A stretch of DNA of 64,000 nt from assembly GCA_034530875.2 (NCBI GenBank), contig JAVRCJ020000008.1, forward strand, positions 1-64,000. The letters run 5' to 3'. Below the pieces are notes generated by a model, which saw nothing but the letters and a program-made list of their open reading frames with translations, did not search any database and was not told the DNA's origin. This document shows positions 52,706 to 63,327 of the stretch, piece after piece. The translations under genes were made by a program, and so were the position numbers. The stretch's first letter is position 1; each line of letters opens with the position of its first letter. This DNA comes from Nostoc sp. DedSLP01. Lineage in GTDB: Bacteria > Cyanobacteriota > Cyanobacteriia > Cyanobacteriales > Nostocaceae.

Positions 52706-53437
52706 CGCAGTTGGAAGTTCTGTTTGTGGAATTTGTGTAGTTGGTGAAGATAATTTTTGGGAGATTCCTAAAATGTAACTAATTCGCTATATTAAGTAAC
52801 TCTATCTTTGGTATTTTTAAGCTTTGTTAAGCAGTTGACATCCAATCGATATAAATGACTATTAACTCAAACATTGCTTTACTTAATTAAAAGCCTAGCA
52901 GCCGATAGAGTCGCTTAACTTCAAATGACAATAAACTTTACGTGAAAAATTCCAAGTGAAGAAATGTAAAGGGTCAGTAAGTCTTACTGCTCAATCAAAC
53001 CATTTAGGCAGGGAGTAGGGAATAGGGAATGGGGAAGAGGTCTTTAGAGTTTTACTTAGCTTCACAAAACCAAATTTTCAAATCAAGAATTGTAAATAAA
53101 TCAATGGCGCATAGTGTAGCTATTAGTAGACATTGCTGGAAATCATTTTTGAGAGTTTAAAAAAGTAGATAGTTATTTGTATCGGTCTTTGGTAATAATT
53201 TTGCTGGTATGATGTGGCGATAGCCCCCAGATTATGCCCCAAGTAATTGCTGCTTTCTGCCTCAAGTCGCAACCATAATTTTGCTCAAAGTGAGAAGCGA
53301 GGGCGGTTTTTACGTTACAAAATATTAAGCAAGGGAAATTTATTTATAGATTCCAAGTTTAGCAGCCCTGCTAATAGTCTCAATTACAATGCGGAAAGCT
53401 TACAATGCAGCGATTATATACAAAATTGGCTCTCGAT

Positions 53438-53926
53438 ATGTTTTGGCGGCAAGGATTAGCGTTACTTGCGGGGATTATTATCTGGTGCGTGGCTCATCCT
53501 GCACTGGCGGTAAACTGGACTCACCCACTGTCATTTAGTAATGCAGAGTTGTCAAGGCGCGATTTTTCCGGTGAAAGTTTACAAGCTGCGGAGTTTTCTA
53601 ACGCCAATATGGAATTGGCTAATTTTACAAATGCTGACTTGCGGGGAGCAGTATTGAGTGCTTCGGTGATGACGCAAGCAAATCTGCATGGAGCCGATTT
53701 AACGAATGCAATGGTCGATCAGGTAAACTTAACTAGGGCAGATTTGAGCGATGCAGTTCTAAAAGAAGCCCTTTTGCTCCGCGCCATCTTTGATGATGTG
53801 AATATAGACGGTGCAGATTTTACAGATGCAATTTTGGATAAAGCACAAATCAAAGAACTGTGTACAAAAGCTGGTGGTGTGAATTCCAAAACAGGCGTGC
53901 AAACTCGTGATTCTCTGGGATGTTAA
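53438..53926 (+). CDS. Pentapeptide repeat protein with signal peptide
   Basis: A(D/N)(L/F)xx repeats; AxA cleavage site; terminal TRDSLGC. Confidence 0.92.
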   Translation: MFWRQGLALLAGIIIWCVAHPALAVNWTHPLSFSNAELSRRDFSGESLQAAEFSNANMELANFTNADLRGAVLSASVMTQANLHGADLTNAMVDQVNLTRADLSDAVLKEALLLRAIFDDVNIDGADFTDAILDKAQIKELCTKAGGVNSKTGVQTRDSLGC

Positions 53927-55080
53927 TGAAACGTGTAGGTGTAATTGGTGGCGGACAACTCGCCTGGATGATGGCAGATGCAGCACGCAAATTAGGAGTA
54001 GAATTAGTAGTCCAAACTCCTAGTGAAGGTGACCCAGCAGTATCAATCGCCCAGGAAGTTGTTTTCGCGCCTGTAGATGACGCCAGCGCTACAGGAATAT
54101 TAGCGAAAAAATGTGATGTCATCACTTTTGAAAATGAATTTGTTAATTTAGATGCTTTATCTGTTTTAGCAAAACAAGGGGTTTGTTTTCGTCCGAGATT
54201 AGAAGCATTAACTCCTCTTTTAGATAAATATCATCAGCGTTGCTATTTAAGCGATTTAGGCTTGCCAGTTCCACAATTTTTCGCTGTCGAACAGATAGAC
54301 AATCTCAAATCTAAAATCGAATATCTCGGTTTTCCTGTAGTTTTGAAATCTCGACGTCACGGTTATGATGGTCAGGGTACTTTCATAATTAAAGGCTTTG
54401 CTGATTTAGAAGAAAAGTTAAGTTATGAAACTATAACAAAAACTGCAAATCAATCGCTTTTTTTGTTAGAGGAATTTGTACCTTTTACCAGAGAACTAGC
54501 AGTAATAGCAGCTCGTTCTGTCAATGGAGAAATCGTTACCTATCCAGTGGTAGAAACCCAACAAGAACAACAAGTATGTCGCCGGGTAATTGCGCCGGCT
54601 GAGATTTCGCCAAATCAAATAGCAAAAATAGAAGCGATCGCACATACTCTATTAAATAGCCTGCAATTCGTAGGAGTCTTTGGAATTGAGCTATTTCTAA
54701 CTGCTGATGGCAAAGTGCTAGTCAATGAAATTGCTCCGCGTACCCACAATTCTGGGCATTTTTCCCTTGATGCTTGTGAAACTTCTCAATTTGAACAACA
54801 GTTAAGGGCAGTTTGTGGTTTATCTTTAGGAAATCCCGATTTACTGTCTGCTGGTGCTGTGATGGTGAATTTGTTGGGATATGAAAATTCTGATAGCGAT
54901 TACCAAAGCCAGCGTCAACAAATAGCAGAGATTCCCCAAGCGCACGTTCATTGGTATGGGAAAACTCAATCGCGTCCTGGGCGCAAGTTGGGACATGTCA
55001 CGGTTTTGTTGGATAATCAAAATCGAGAGCAGGGTATGGCAGTTGCCCAAAACATAGAATCTATCTGGTATCCCAGCTAA
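53926..55080 (+). CDS. purK: N5-carboxyaminoimidazole ribonucleotide synthase
   Basis: GGGQLA, GYDGQG, NEIAPRTHNSGH, RPGRKLGH. Confidence 0.97.
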   Translation: MKRVGVIGGGQLAWMMADAARKLGVELVVQTPSEGDPAVSIAQEVVFAPVDDASATGILAKKCDVITFENEFVNLDALSVLAKQGVCFRPRLEALTPLLDKYHQRCYLSDLGLPVPQFFAVEQIDNLKSKIEYLGFPVVLKSRRHGYDGQGTFIIKGFADLEEKLSYETITKTANQSLFLLEEFVPFTRELAVIAARSVNGEIVTYPVVETQQEQQVCRRVIAPAEISPNQIAKIEAIAHTLLNSLQFVGVFGIELFLTADGKVLVNEIAPRTHNSGHFSLDACETSQFEQQLRAVCGLSLGNPDLLSAGAVMVNLLGYENSDSDYQSQRQQIAEIPQAHVHWYGKTQSRPGRKLGHVTVLLDNQNREQGMAVAQNIESIWYPS

Positions 55081-55140
55081 ATTTTTTAGAAACTTTCGAC
55101 GTTGAACACACAACATGTTTTTGAAAGCTATAATGAGTTA

Positions 55141-55321
55141 GTTGCACTACGACGTTGGTGACTGCCATCAAGTTTTTTGATCTATGTCTTTAAAGAAAAG
55201 GGAGTCAACCAGTCTCGTGGCAGTAGACCGGGCATGTACCCGGAAACTTTAAACGAGAAATTCCGATTCCCACCTGGTTTAACCAGGTCATAAACTTAGG
55301 TAAAACGGCGTCGCGGTGAAC
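55141..55321 (+). ncRNA. ssaA: 6S RNA (SsaA/SsrS)
   Basis: About 180 nt directly downstream of purK (conserved cyanobacterial synteny); 5' GTTGCACTACGACGTT pairs with 3' GGCGTCGCGGTGAAC; TATAAT at 55129-55134. Confidence 0.85.
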
Positions 55322-55332
55322 TTAAAATTATT

Positions 55333-55365
55333 AGCTCCCAAACTCAGTTAGAATTTGGGAGCTTT
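55333..55365 (+). terminator. Hairpin terminator after 6S RNA
   Basis: AGCTCCCAAA...TTTGGGAGCT followed by TT. Confidence 0.7.
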
Positions 55366-55588
55366 AATTATTTATCAGCAGCAAACAGGGAATAGAGAAT
55401 AGATTAAAAGTTAGCGATCGCTTTATTTCCTAAACTATGGTTAAAGTACTGTAGTTATAATTCGAGTGCCGCTTTGATGGTTAATAGCTTCCTTCAATGA
55501 TATTGGATGGGCGCACAACTGCGCGCCCTTACTTGAGGCTATTCAAATGTAAATTGCTATTTTCAACGAGCATAGTTATCCAAATCTA

Positions 55589-56656
55589 CTAACGAACCCC
55601 AACGAAACCAGCTCGTTCAATTGCTTTTTGTCCCTGTTCGGTTAATAACAGTTTGGCGTAAGCGTCCCCGATTTGCTGTTCTTGACCTTTGTTTTGCTTA
55701 ATAATCACAAATAAGTTAGCAGTAATTGGATAACTGCCATTTCTAATTACCTCAGTATTTACCTGGTTGCGCTGACGCAGACAGTTTTCAGCATCAGCCA
55801 AAGGTTCGCGGTAAGGAGGAATTAGCTTATCAAAAGTGCGGCCTAATGGTAAAGCCTTTACACTACACTGAGGCACTACCGAACGTGCAGAAGCGTAATA
55901 CACGCCGCCGGGAGTTTTACTCAACTGGCGTACTGCTTCTGTAGTGGAGTAGACATACTGTACATTCGAGCCAAGTGCTTGGTTTTTCAAGTTGTTGCTA
56001 GAAAATACTACTGTATCTCCATCCTCTGGCCGCTGAGATAAAGGTACAATGGGTAGGTTTGGCCCGCCTACTTGCTGCCAGTTAGTAATTTGTCCGGAAT
56101 AAATCTGCTGTAATTGCTCAACAGTTAAACCCTGTATATTTAGTGATGGGTTAACTACTACTGCGATGCCATCAATGCCTACCTGACGTTGCTCAAGGGT
56201 AAAACCTCGTTGTTTAGCGATGGCTTTTTCTTCATCTGTAAGGGGACGCGAAGACTGAGCAAAATCGAGTTTGCCATCAAGCAACATGCGAATCCCAGAA
56301 CTTGAGCCAGGATTACTTCTAACAGGATCTACATAGCGTAATTGTAGTTCGGGGCGATCGCTCTGGATCTGAGAATCTACCAATTGGCGAATAGATGCCC
56401 AAGCTGTACTACCACCGTAGTTAAATGAACCTGTAGGGACACCGGGAATTGTCTGAAAATCTGATGCTGTCCTAGTGTTGAAATTTTGATTGGAGTAAGA
56501 ATCACGATTGTTGCGGGATAACAAGTTTGGCTTAAGTAACCACCAAAGTAATCCGCCGATAACCATCAGTGTCAGTACTTTACCAATAATCAAACCTCTA
56601 AGAAAGAGGGCAATTTCCCCGTTAATTAAAGCTTTTCTTTGGTTGGTATTATCCAT
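55589..56656 (-). CDS. PstS-like phosphate-binding (PBP) domain protein, membrane anchored
   Basis: GGSTAWA, GSSSGIRML, AQSSRPL, DGIAVVVN, YPITANLFV. Confidence 0.87.
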   Translation of the reverse strand: MDNTNQRKALINGEIALFLRGLIIGKVLTLMVIGGLLWWLLKPNLLSRNNRDSYSNQNFNTRTASDFQTIPGVPTGSFNYGGSTAWASIRQLVDSQIQSDRPELQLRYVDPVRSNPGSSSGIRMLLDGKLDFAQSSRPLTDEEKAIAKQRGFTLEQRQVGIDGIAVVVNPSLNIQGLTVEQLQQIYSGQITNWQQVGGPNLPIVPLSQRPEDGDTVVFSSNNLKNQALGSNVQYVYSTTEAVRQLSKTPGGVYYASARSVVPQCSVKALPLGRTFDKLIPPYREPLADAENCLRQRNQVNTEVIRNGSYPITANLFVIIKQNKGQEQQIGDAYAKLLLTEQGQKAIERAGFVGVR

Positions 56657-56853
56657 ATCTGGAAATTGTCTGTATTGTATGTATTTATCCTACAGGAATT
56701 TCTAAGTATTTACCCTATAAAAAGCTCTCGATATTTAAGTTTTTGGTAAAGCTTTAGTCGTTGAGTTATTTAATATCCTGTTTTTTAGTTGTTAAAACGA
56801 TGTTCAATTAAGGTCGCAGTAATATGTTGCAAGGAACTGAAGTTCAAGGCTCA

Positions 56854-56953
56854 TATAGCAATCCTATTTGTGTAAAACTACTCGTAGAGGGAGGGAGTAG
56901 GGAATAGGGAATGGGGAGTAGATTTATTTGTAACTCCTAACAGGATTGCTATA
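56854..56953. mobile_element. IS630-type MITE
   Basis: TIRs TATAGCAATCCT and AGGATTGCTATA with TA ends; internal TAGGGAA repeats. Confidence 0.75.
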
Positions 56954-57192
56954 GCAAAAGCCAATTTAACTTGATTATCGAATTTAAATGTTGTTCAGCT
57001 TATCATCTTCAAATGACTAAATCTTGTAAGAATATTTAGTCTAATGAAGTAGACTTTGGCTATAAAAAAAGGAACTTGAGTGCCAGTCCGATGGCGAAAC
57101 GAACAGTTAAGTGATTTTTAGCTTTAGTTGACACCAAATATTAGATGATATATTTGTTAGCTAATCAAATCTAATGCGCTCTTTGGCAATTT

Positions 57193-58446
57193 TTACCAAG
57201 GTGCAATTCGTTTTGTATAATCACTTTTAACTGCTAAGCTATTTAAGTTAATTAAACGTGAGTGATGGACAAATTTTTCTAGAAGATTTTTCAATTGATT
57301 GGGCTGATTTGGCACAGATATACTAGTATTAATAAATGTATATATTAACAATAATACTATCAAACTAGTAGTAGCCCCAAGTCCGATTCCCATCAATAAA
57401 ATAAAGTTTTTATAATTTACTAAATAGTTATCTACAGTTTGTCGGTTTTTTATATCAGATTGTGATGGCGGCGACCACACCAGAGTGTAATTCAGCGCTT
57501 GCAAAGCTTCTGCGGCAGACTGATAACGTTGGCTATGGCGATCGCAAATCATTCTGTCTAAAATATCTGCAAAGCTATCGCTTACCTGTGCGTGATGACG
57601 CCAGCTAATTTCTCCACTATTAGCATCTTCTTGTAGTTGGTCGGGGATTAAGCCTGTGAGAGCTTGAATGCCAATCATTCCTACTGCATAAACATCGCTG
57701 CAAAGCTTTGGCTTTCCTTTCGCCTGTTCGCTTGGCATATAACCAGGAGTACCAACTACAACTGTTAATCCGGCTCCCAAAGCACCAATTTTTTTAATGC
57801 TGCCAAAGTCAATTAATACAATCTTGCCATCAGAGCGCCGTCGCATTAAATTTTGCGGCTTAATATCTCGGTGAATAATGTTATTTTCGTGGACGAAAAC
57901 TAAGACTTCTAAGATTTCTTTTAATAAATTTACGACTACACCTTCGCTCAAACGTTTTCCTGGGATAATTTCTTGAGTTAAGGCATGGCCGTCAATATAT
58001 TCTTGAACTAAATAAAAATCGTCATTTTCATCAAAATGGGCAAACAGCCTCGGAATTTGCTCGTGGTTGTTGCCTAATTGATATAAAACTTCTGCTTCCC
58101 GAGCAAATAATTTTTTAGCGATCGCACCTACTTTAGGATTAGGATCTTTTGGATGGAAATGTTTGACAACACAATGCGGCCGGCCTGGTAAATCCAGATC
58201 TACGGCTAAGTACGTATCTCCAGATCCTCCACTTCCCAACAGTTTAATAATCTCAAAGCGATTCCGAAGTTTTTTTCTAATAAGAGAATTTTGATATCGA
58301 TTGCGTATTGCAGTTGCTAATGAGTAGTTTTTAGTAGATTCTGGGCTTCCCAATACTTTAACAGTCTCAAAGCTACTCCTGAATGTTTTTTTGATGAGAG
58401 GATTGTGGCTCATGTGGCATCTACTACGTGTGAAATCACTGTGCAT
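57193..58446 (-). CDS. Serine/threonine protein kinase with a C-terminal TM segment (start uncertain)
   Basis: LGSGGSG, VVK, HRDIKPQN, DFG, GTPGYMPSE. Confidence 0.93.
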   Translation of the reverse strand: MHSDFTRSRCHMSHNPLIKKTFRSSFETVKVLGSPESTKNYSLATAIRNRYQNSLIRKKLRNRFEIIKLLGSGGSGDTYLAVDLDLPGRPHCVVKHFHPKDPNPKVGAIAKKLFAREAEVLYQLGNNHEQIPRLFAHFDENDDFYLVQEYIDGHALTQEIIPGKRLSEGVVVNLLKEILEVLVFVHENNIIHRDIKPQNLMRRRSDGKIVLIDFGSIKKIGALGAGLTVVVGTPGYMPSEQAKGKPKLCSDVYAVGMIGIQALTGLIPDQLQEDANSGEISWRHHAQVSDSFADILDRMICDRHSQRYQSAAEALQALNYTLVWSPPSQSDIKNRQTVDNYLVNYKNFILLMGIGLGATTSLIVLLLIYTFINTSISVPNQPNQLKNLLEKFVHHSRLINLNSLAVKSDYTKRIAPW

Positions 58447-59124
58447 TCAGAGCTTGTCATAGCTTGGGTGAGACGATAAATACTTACCGTCTCAGCTAAC
58501 TTTGAGTTTGGGGGGCAATCATCTTACCAGAGATTGATATTTTTTAGAGGAGTTTTATTGTTTGCCGCTTGATAGTTTCTTTAACATTACAAACAGCCAC
58601 TCAGTAATTTTAGCAAAAAATAACCATCGTTAAAATAAATTTTGACCTAATTGAAATCCCCATTGAGTTTAACGATGTGAGAAAATTCAGCATCTGAGCC
58701 ATTGACTTGAAACCAGACTTCTTCATCTTCAATATGCCTCCGTAATTTCAAGGCCGTGTCGATAAGCACTAGTAAATTTCCTGGCATTACTGACTAGGAT
58801 TTTTTTATGCTAACAGCAAAATATGATATTGGGCGATTGAAATTATTGTTTAGCTCGGCGAAAAGAGGAAAGGTTTAAATCAATTTAATACATGTGCTTG
58901 AAAATCTTGAGTCTACTAAAGTAGACTGTCTTCTATTAGCTTGGGAATTGATTCCCAGGCGGGTGACTTAGGTTAATACCAATGTACAGCTAGCTGTGCG
59001 CCCCTACCTAAGATTTTGTAGAAAAATTATTATAAGTAATTTTCCTAGTAATAGAAATAAAAAAACCCCCTATTGGGGGCTAATCGAGTTGTCCGCGTGG
59101 AGTGAACAACTAAATAATTAATAC

Positions 59125-59751
59125 TCACAGTAAATACAGCAATCCGAACAAAATAATCCAAATCACGTCAACAAAGTGCCAGTAAATTTCCGCAGCTTCA
59201 ATACCGAAATGTTTTTCGCTACTATAATGCCCTTTGGTGCGCGATCGCCACAACACGGCGAGAATCGCTAAAACGCCCAGGGTAACGTGCAATCCGTGGA
59301 AACCAGTCAAAACATAAAATGCACTGGCAAATAAATTGGTAGTTAAACCAAATTCTAAATGAGTATATTCATATACTTGTCCTACGAGGAAAATAGCACC
59401 CATCGCAGCGGTAATTGCTAACCAAAGCTGTGCCCCCCGGTTATCGTTCTTTTTGATAGCAGTGTCGGCATTGTGCATGACAAAACTACTAGCAATCAGA
59501 TTGGCGGTGTTAACTCCGGGTAGCAATAGTTCTAACTCTGGAGTGCCTTCTGGAGGCCAAGCAGGCAAGGTAGCACGGAAAGCGAGATAGGCTCCGAACA
59601 GCCCCATAAAAATCATCCCTTCAGCAATCAAGAAGACAATTAGCCCAAACAAGCGATGGTCTGGATGTTCTTCATGATGGCCGACAGCTGCTTCTGCTGC
59701 GTGGTGATGATTGAGTTCAGTTTTAGCTGGGTCAATTGTTTGACTTTGCAT
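59125..59751 (-). CDS. ctaE: Cytochrome c oxidase subunit III
   Basis: TGFHGLHV, YWHFVD. Confidence 0.97.
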   Translation of the reverse strand: MQSQTIDPAKTELNHHHAAEAAVGHHEEHPDHRLFGLIVFLIAEGMIFMGLFGAYLAFRATLPAWPPEGTPELELLLPGVNTANLIASSFVMHNADTAIKKNDNRGAQLWLAITAAMGAIFLVGQVYEYTHLEFGLTTNLFASAFYVLTGFHGLHVTLGVLAILAVLWRSRTKGHYSSEKHFGIEAAEIYWHFVDVIWIILFGLLYLL

Positions 59752-59769
59752 GAATCTTGATAAATGTAG

Positions 59770-59870
59770 ATTGGGGATTGGGGATTGGGGATTGGGGATT
59801 GGGGATTGGGAATTAGAAAATAGTATTTTTAATCTTATTCTCTAGTCCCCAGTCACCAGTCCCCAGTCAC
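59770..59870. repeat. GGGATT/GGGGATT tandem repeats with opposing CCAGTCC repeats between ctaD and ctaE
   Basis: Direct observation. Confidence 0.8.
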
Positions 59871-59871
59871 T

Positions 59872-61608
59872 TTATTTCCGGTCTTCGGGATTAGCGGCAA
59901 CCGCTGGGTCGGGTTCTGCCCTTAATACCGAGTTGGGGCCGGCAGACAAGACTGGATTGGGGTCAGATAAGGGTACGCCTTCTTTCGCCTTTTCCAAACC
60001 GTAGTCGTAGGGGCCTGTAACTAATACTGGGGTTCCTTCAAAATTCTCGATCGCTGGCGGTGAGGTAGTCATCCACTCTAAGGTTAGTGCCCTCCAGGGA
60101 TTATTACCAGCTTTCTCTCCGTACAACCAACTCCAAATGGCATTGATGATGAAGGGAAATGTAGAGACTGCCAGGATATAAGCACCATAAGTGCAGATTT
60201 CATTCAGTAAAGTAAATTTCGGATCGTACTGAGCGACACGGCGGTTCATGCCCATCATCCCTAGCTTGTGCATGGGTAAGAAGGCCATATTTAAACCGAC
60301 AATTGTCAAGGCAAAGTGAACCTTACCCCAAAATTCGTTGAGCATCCGTCCCGTCATTTTCGGGAACCAGTGGTAAATCGCTGCGTAAATGCCGAGAACG
60401 CTACCACCAAACAAAACGTAGTGCAAATGTGCCACTACAAAATAAGTGTCGTGGACGTGAATATCAAAAGGTACCGCTGCTAACATCACGCCACTGATGC
60501 CACCAATCACAAAGGTGCCAACAAAGCCTATTGCAAATAGCATGGCGGTGTTGAGTTGAATTTTGCCGCCCCACATTGTTCCCAACCAGCTGAAGATTTT
60601 AATTCCAGTCGGTACGGCAATAATCATGGTGGTGATCATAAAGAACATCCGCAGCCAACCGGGGATACCGCTGGTAAACATGTGGTGCGCCCAGACGATT
60701 AGCCCTAAAAAGCTGATGGCGAGGGAAGAATAGGCAATGGCTTTATAGCCAAAAATCGGCTTGCGGGAATGCACGGGGATCACTTCTGAAATTACCCCAA
60801 AGAAGGGCAAAATCATGATGTATACCGCTGGGTGCGAGTAAAACCAGAACATGTGCTGGTAAACAACGGGATCGCCGCCGCCAGTCGGATTAAAAAATGT
60901 CGTTCCAGCAAGTAAGTCAAAAGCAAGCAGAATCAGACCTGCTGCTAACACTGGCGTAGATACCAGAGTCAATGCCGAAGTTGCAAACATCGCCCAACAG
61001 AACAAAGGCAATTGATTGAATCCCAAACCTGGGATACGCATCCTCAGCAATGTGACGAGGAAATTGATTGCCCCCAAAATCGATGACGTACCGAGTAAGA
61101 GGACGCTCATAATCCAAATTCCCTCGCCTACCTGACCTGTTACCAAGCTCAGGGGAGGGTAGGAAGTCCAACCTGCATCTGGTGCATCGCCGACTACTAA
61201 ACTAGCGATTAGCAACAAACCAGAAGGCGGGATCATCCAAAAGGCAACAGCATTCAAGCGTGGGAATGCCATATCCTTAGCCCCAATCATCAAGGGGATC
61301 AGAAAGTTAGCAAAACCCGCACCAGCCGGCACAATCCACAAAAAAATCATGATTGTAGCGTGCAGCGTAAACAAGCTGTTGTAGACTTCCGGGGTTACAA
61401 AATCTACTTCTGGCGTTCGTAATTCTGTACGAACTAAATCAGCCAACACGCCACCGATACAGTAAAAAATGAACGTGGTGACTAGGTATTGAATCCCAAT
61501 CACCTTATGGTCGGTGTTAAAGGTAAAGTAATCTTGCCATTTTCTCACTGGTGGTTCTTCACCATGAGCAGGGATATTGGCAGCTTCTTGCAACTGAGCT
61601 TGTGTCAT
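59872..61608 (-). CDS. ctaD: Cytochrome c oxidase subunit I (aa3 type)
   Basis: WFYSHPAVY, WAHHMF, VVAHLHYV. Confidence 0.98.
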   Translation of the reverse strand: MTQAQLQEAANIPAHGEEPPVRKWQDYFTFNTDHKVIGIQYLVTTFIFYCIGGVLADLVRTELRTPEVDFVTPEVYNSLFTLHATIMIFLWIVPAGAGFANFLIPLMIGAKDMAFPRLNAVAFWMIPPSGLLLIASLVVGDAPDAGWTSYPPLSLVTGQVGEGIWIMSVLLLGTSSILGAINFLVTLLRMRIPGLGFNQLPLFCWAMFATSALTLVSTPVLAAGLILLAFDLLAGTTFFNPTGGGDPVVYQHMFWFYSHPAVYIMILPFFGVISEVIPVHSRKPIFGYKAIAYSSLAISFLGLIVWAHHMFTSGIPGWLRMFFMITTMIIAVPTGIKIFSWLGTMWGGKIQLNTAMLFAIGFVGTFVIGGISGVMLAAVPFDIHVHDTYFVVAHLHYVLFGGSVLGIYAAIYHWFPKMTGRMLNEFWGKVHFALTIVGLNMAFLPMHKLGMMGMNRRVAQYDPKFTLLNEICTYGAYILAVSTFPFIINAIWSWLYGEKAGNNPWRALTLEWMTTSPPAIENFEGTPVLVTGPYDYGLEKAKEGVPLSDPNPVLSAGPNSVLRAEPDPAVAANPEDRK

Positions 61609-61717
61609 AGGAATGAGTCATTTGACTTCTTACAGAAGTGGGGTAAAGGGTAAGGGGAAAAGGGGAAAGGGAATCTTCCTTTTCTCTTTAACCTTTCCCC
61701 TTTTCCCTTTTTCTGAA

Positions 61718-62806
61718 TTAATGGTGAACTTGATGGAGGATTTCTGGTTGAATTCCCATGTCCTTAGTGTAGGGAGCGAGAAATTCGTGTGGAGGTAAAT
61801 CCGCAGGATTAACGGCAATGGCTTGATTGAGAGTTTCTTTACTGGCAACTAACTGCTCTTGTTGCCATTTTTCAAATCCTTCTTGTGATTCAACAACGAC
61901 TGTTGTTCTCATGGCACCGTGGTATGGGCCGCAAAGTTCGGCGCAGATTAAAGGATAATCGCCTAGTTTGTTGGGTGTGAAGCGAATCTCACTTTGTCTG
62001 CCGGGAATTGCATCTTGCTTGAGGCGGAACTCTGGCACCCAGAAGGCATGGATCACATCGTTGGCTGTCATATTGATTTCCACTTCTTTACCGATGGGAA
62101 CGTGCATTTCGCCTGTGGTAATCCCAGTTTCTGGATAGGTGAAAATCCAGGCATATTGTAGACCGGTGATATTGACTTGCAGTGCTGCTGGTTGACCTGC
62201 TTTCTCGGGACTGCCGCCAATTGTGGGAGCAACGCTGCCGACACCTGGAGCATCTTGCTTTTGGGGAATTTGGTCGGCGTTGCGGACTGCTGCTGTCGCT
62301 GGGTCTTGCATCGCCTCATCAGATTTTTGTTGATTGCGGTTGGGTTCGGTGCTTGGAGGTGTATCGCTTAATGTTGCGGCGATCGCACTTCCATGCCCAG
62401 GCATTTTCATCGACTCTTGAGAAATCGGGGCTTCATGGATGGCATGGGGATCGAAGCCACCGATTTCGTTGTACACATCAAAACTGTAAACAGAAATACC
62501 GATAACGATAATTGCTGGGATCGCCGTCCAGAGTATTTCTAAAGGTACATTACCCTCGACTGGCGGGCCGTCTTCATTATCACCTGCCCGCCGACGGTAT
62601 TTAAATGCAGAGTAAATCAAAACACCTTCGACTATTAGAAATATACCTGTAGAAACGACCATCATCGCATTGAACAGACCATCGACTAAGACGGCTTCAT
62701 CAGTTGCTGCTGCTGGCAACAGACCATGATTTTGACCGTACCAAATACTGGTTAGAGTTAGCACGATGCCAATGAGTAATGTCCAGATTGAACTTGGAAT
62801 TTTCAC
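61718..62806 (-). CDS. ctaC: Cytochrome c oxidase subunit II
   Basis: DVIHAFW and CuA motif CAELCGPYHGAM. Confidence 0.98.
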   Translation of the reverse strand: MKIPSSIWTLLIGIVLTLTSIWYGQNHGLLPAAATDEAVLVDGLFNAMMVVSTGIFLIVEGVLIYSAFKYRRRAGDNEDGPPVEGNVPLEILWTAIPAIIVIGISVYSFDVYNEIGGFDPHAIHEAPISQESMKMPGHGSAIAATLSDTPPSTEPNRNQQKSDEAMQDPATAAVRNADQIPQKQDAPGVGSVAPTIGGSPEKAGQPAALQVNITGLQYAWIFTYPETGITTGEMHVPIGKEVEINMTANDVIHAFWVPEFRLKQDAIPGRQSEIRFTPNKLGDYPLICAELCGPYHGAMRTTVVVESQEGFEKWQQEQLVASKETLNQAIAVNPADLPPHEFLAPYTKDMGIQPEILHQVHH

Positions 62807-63149
62807 GGCTCACTTAATTGAATTTACTACGTTATCTCAAAGCTGCTCACTTACTAAGGTAATCTAGGCTATAAGACATAGACTCTAAATATCTGAAATT
62901 TTTATTAATTTTTCTGAGTATCTTACAAATTTTGAGTACAAGGTGACTAACAGATATTCCCAGAAATAGATGCAAATCAGTAGAAAAATTTAAGAAAAAA
63001 TTTATGATGGTTAATTTAACTGCTAATCATGGGTTTTTCACATCTTAAAAAATACCTAAAGCTTCAGCCAAAACATAACGAGAGTGCTTCAAAGTATAAG
63101 TGAGTGCCAATCTATAAACCCCTAGACTATACGCTAGGGTGGAGATGGG

Positions 63150-63267
63150 GAGGACACTTGCTTGTGGGGGTTCCCACACCACTTGCTTTCATAGCGGGAA
63201 CGCTTTGGGCGAACAAGCCGGGAAGCCCGTCCAACACAGTGGCTCCCTGCTCTTGCAAAGTGTCCGT
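63150..63267. mobile_element. Nested SDR-like element in the ctaC-ctaA intergenic region
   Basis: GAGGACACTTGC...GCAAAGTGTCCGT shell enclosing a CCACTTGCT...CAGTGG element. Confidence 0.7.
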
Positions 63268-63327
63268 TCAGTATTGAAAATTGAAAATTTTAAGAGATCC
63301 ACCAAGAACGGGCAGAAGGTACTGTTC

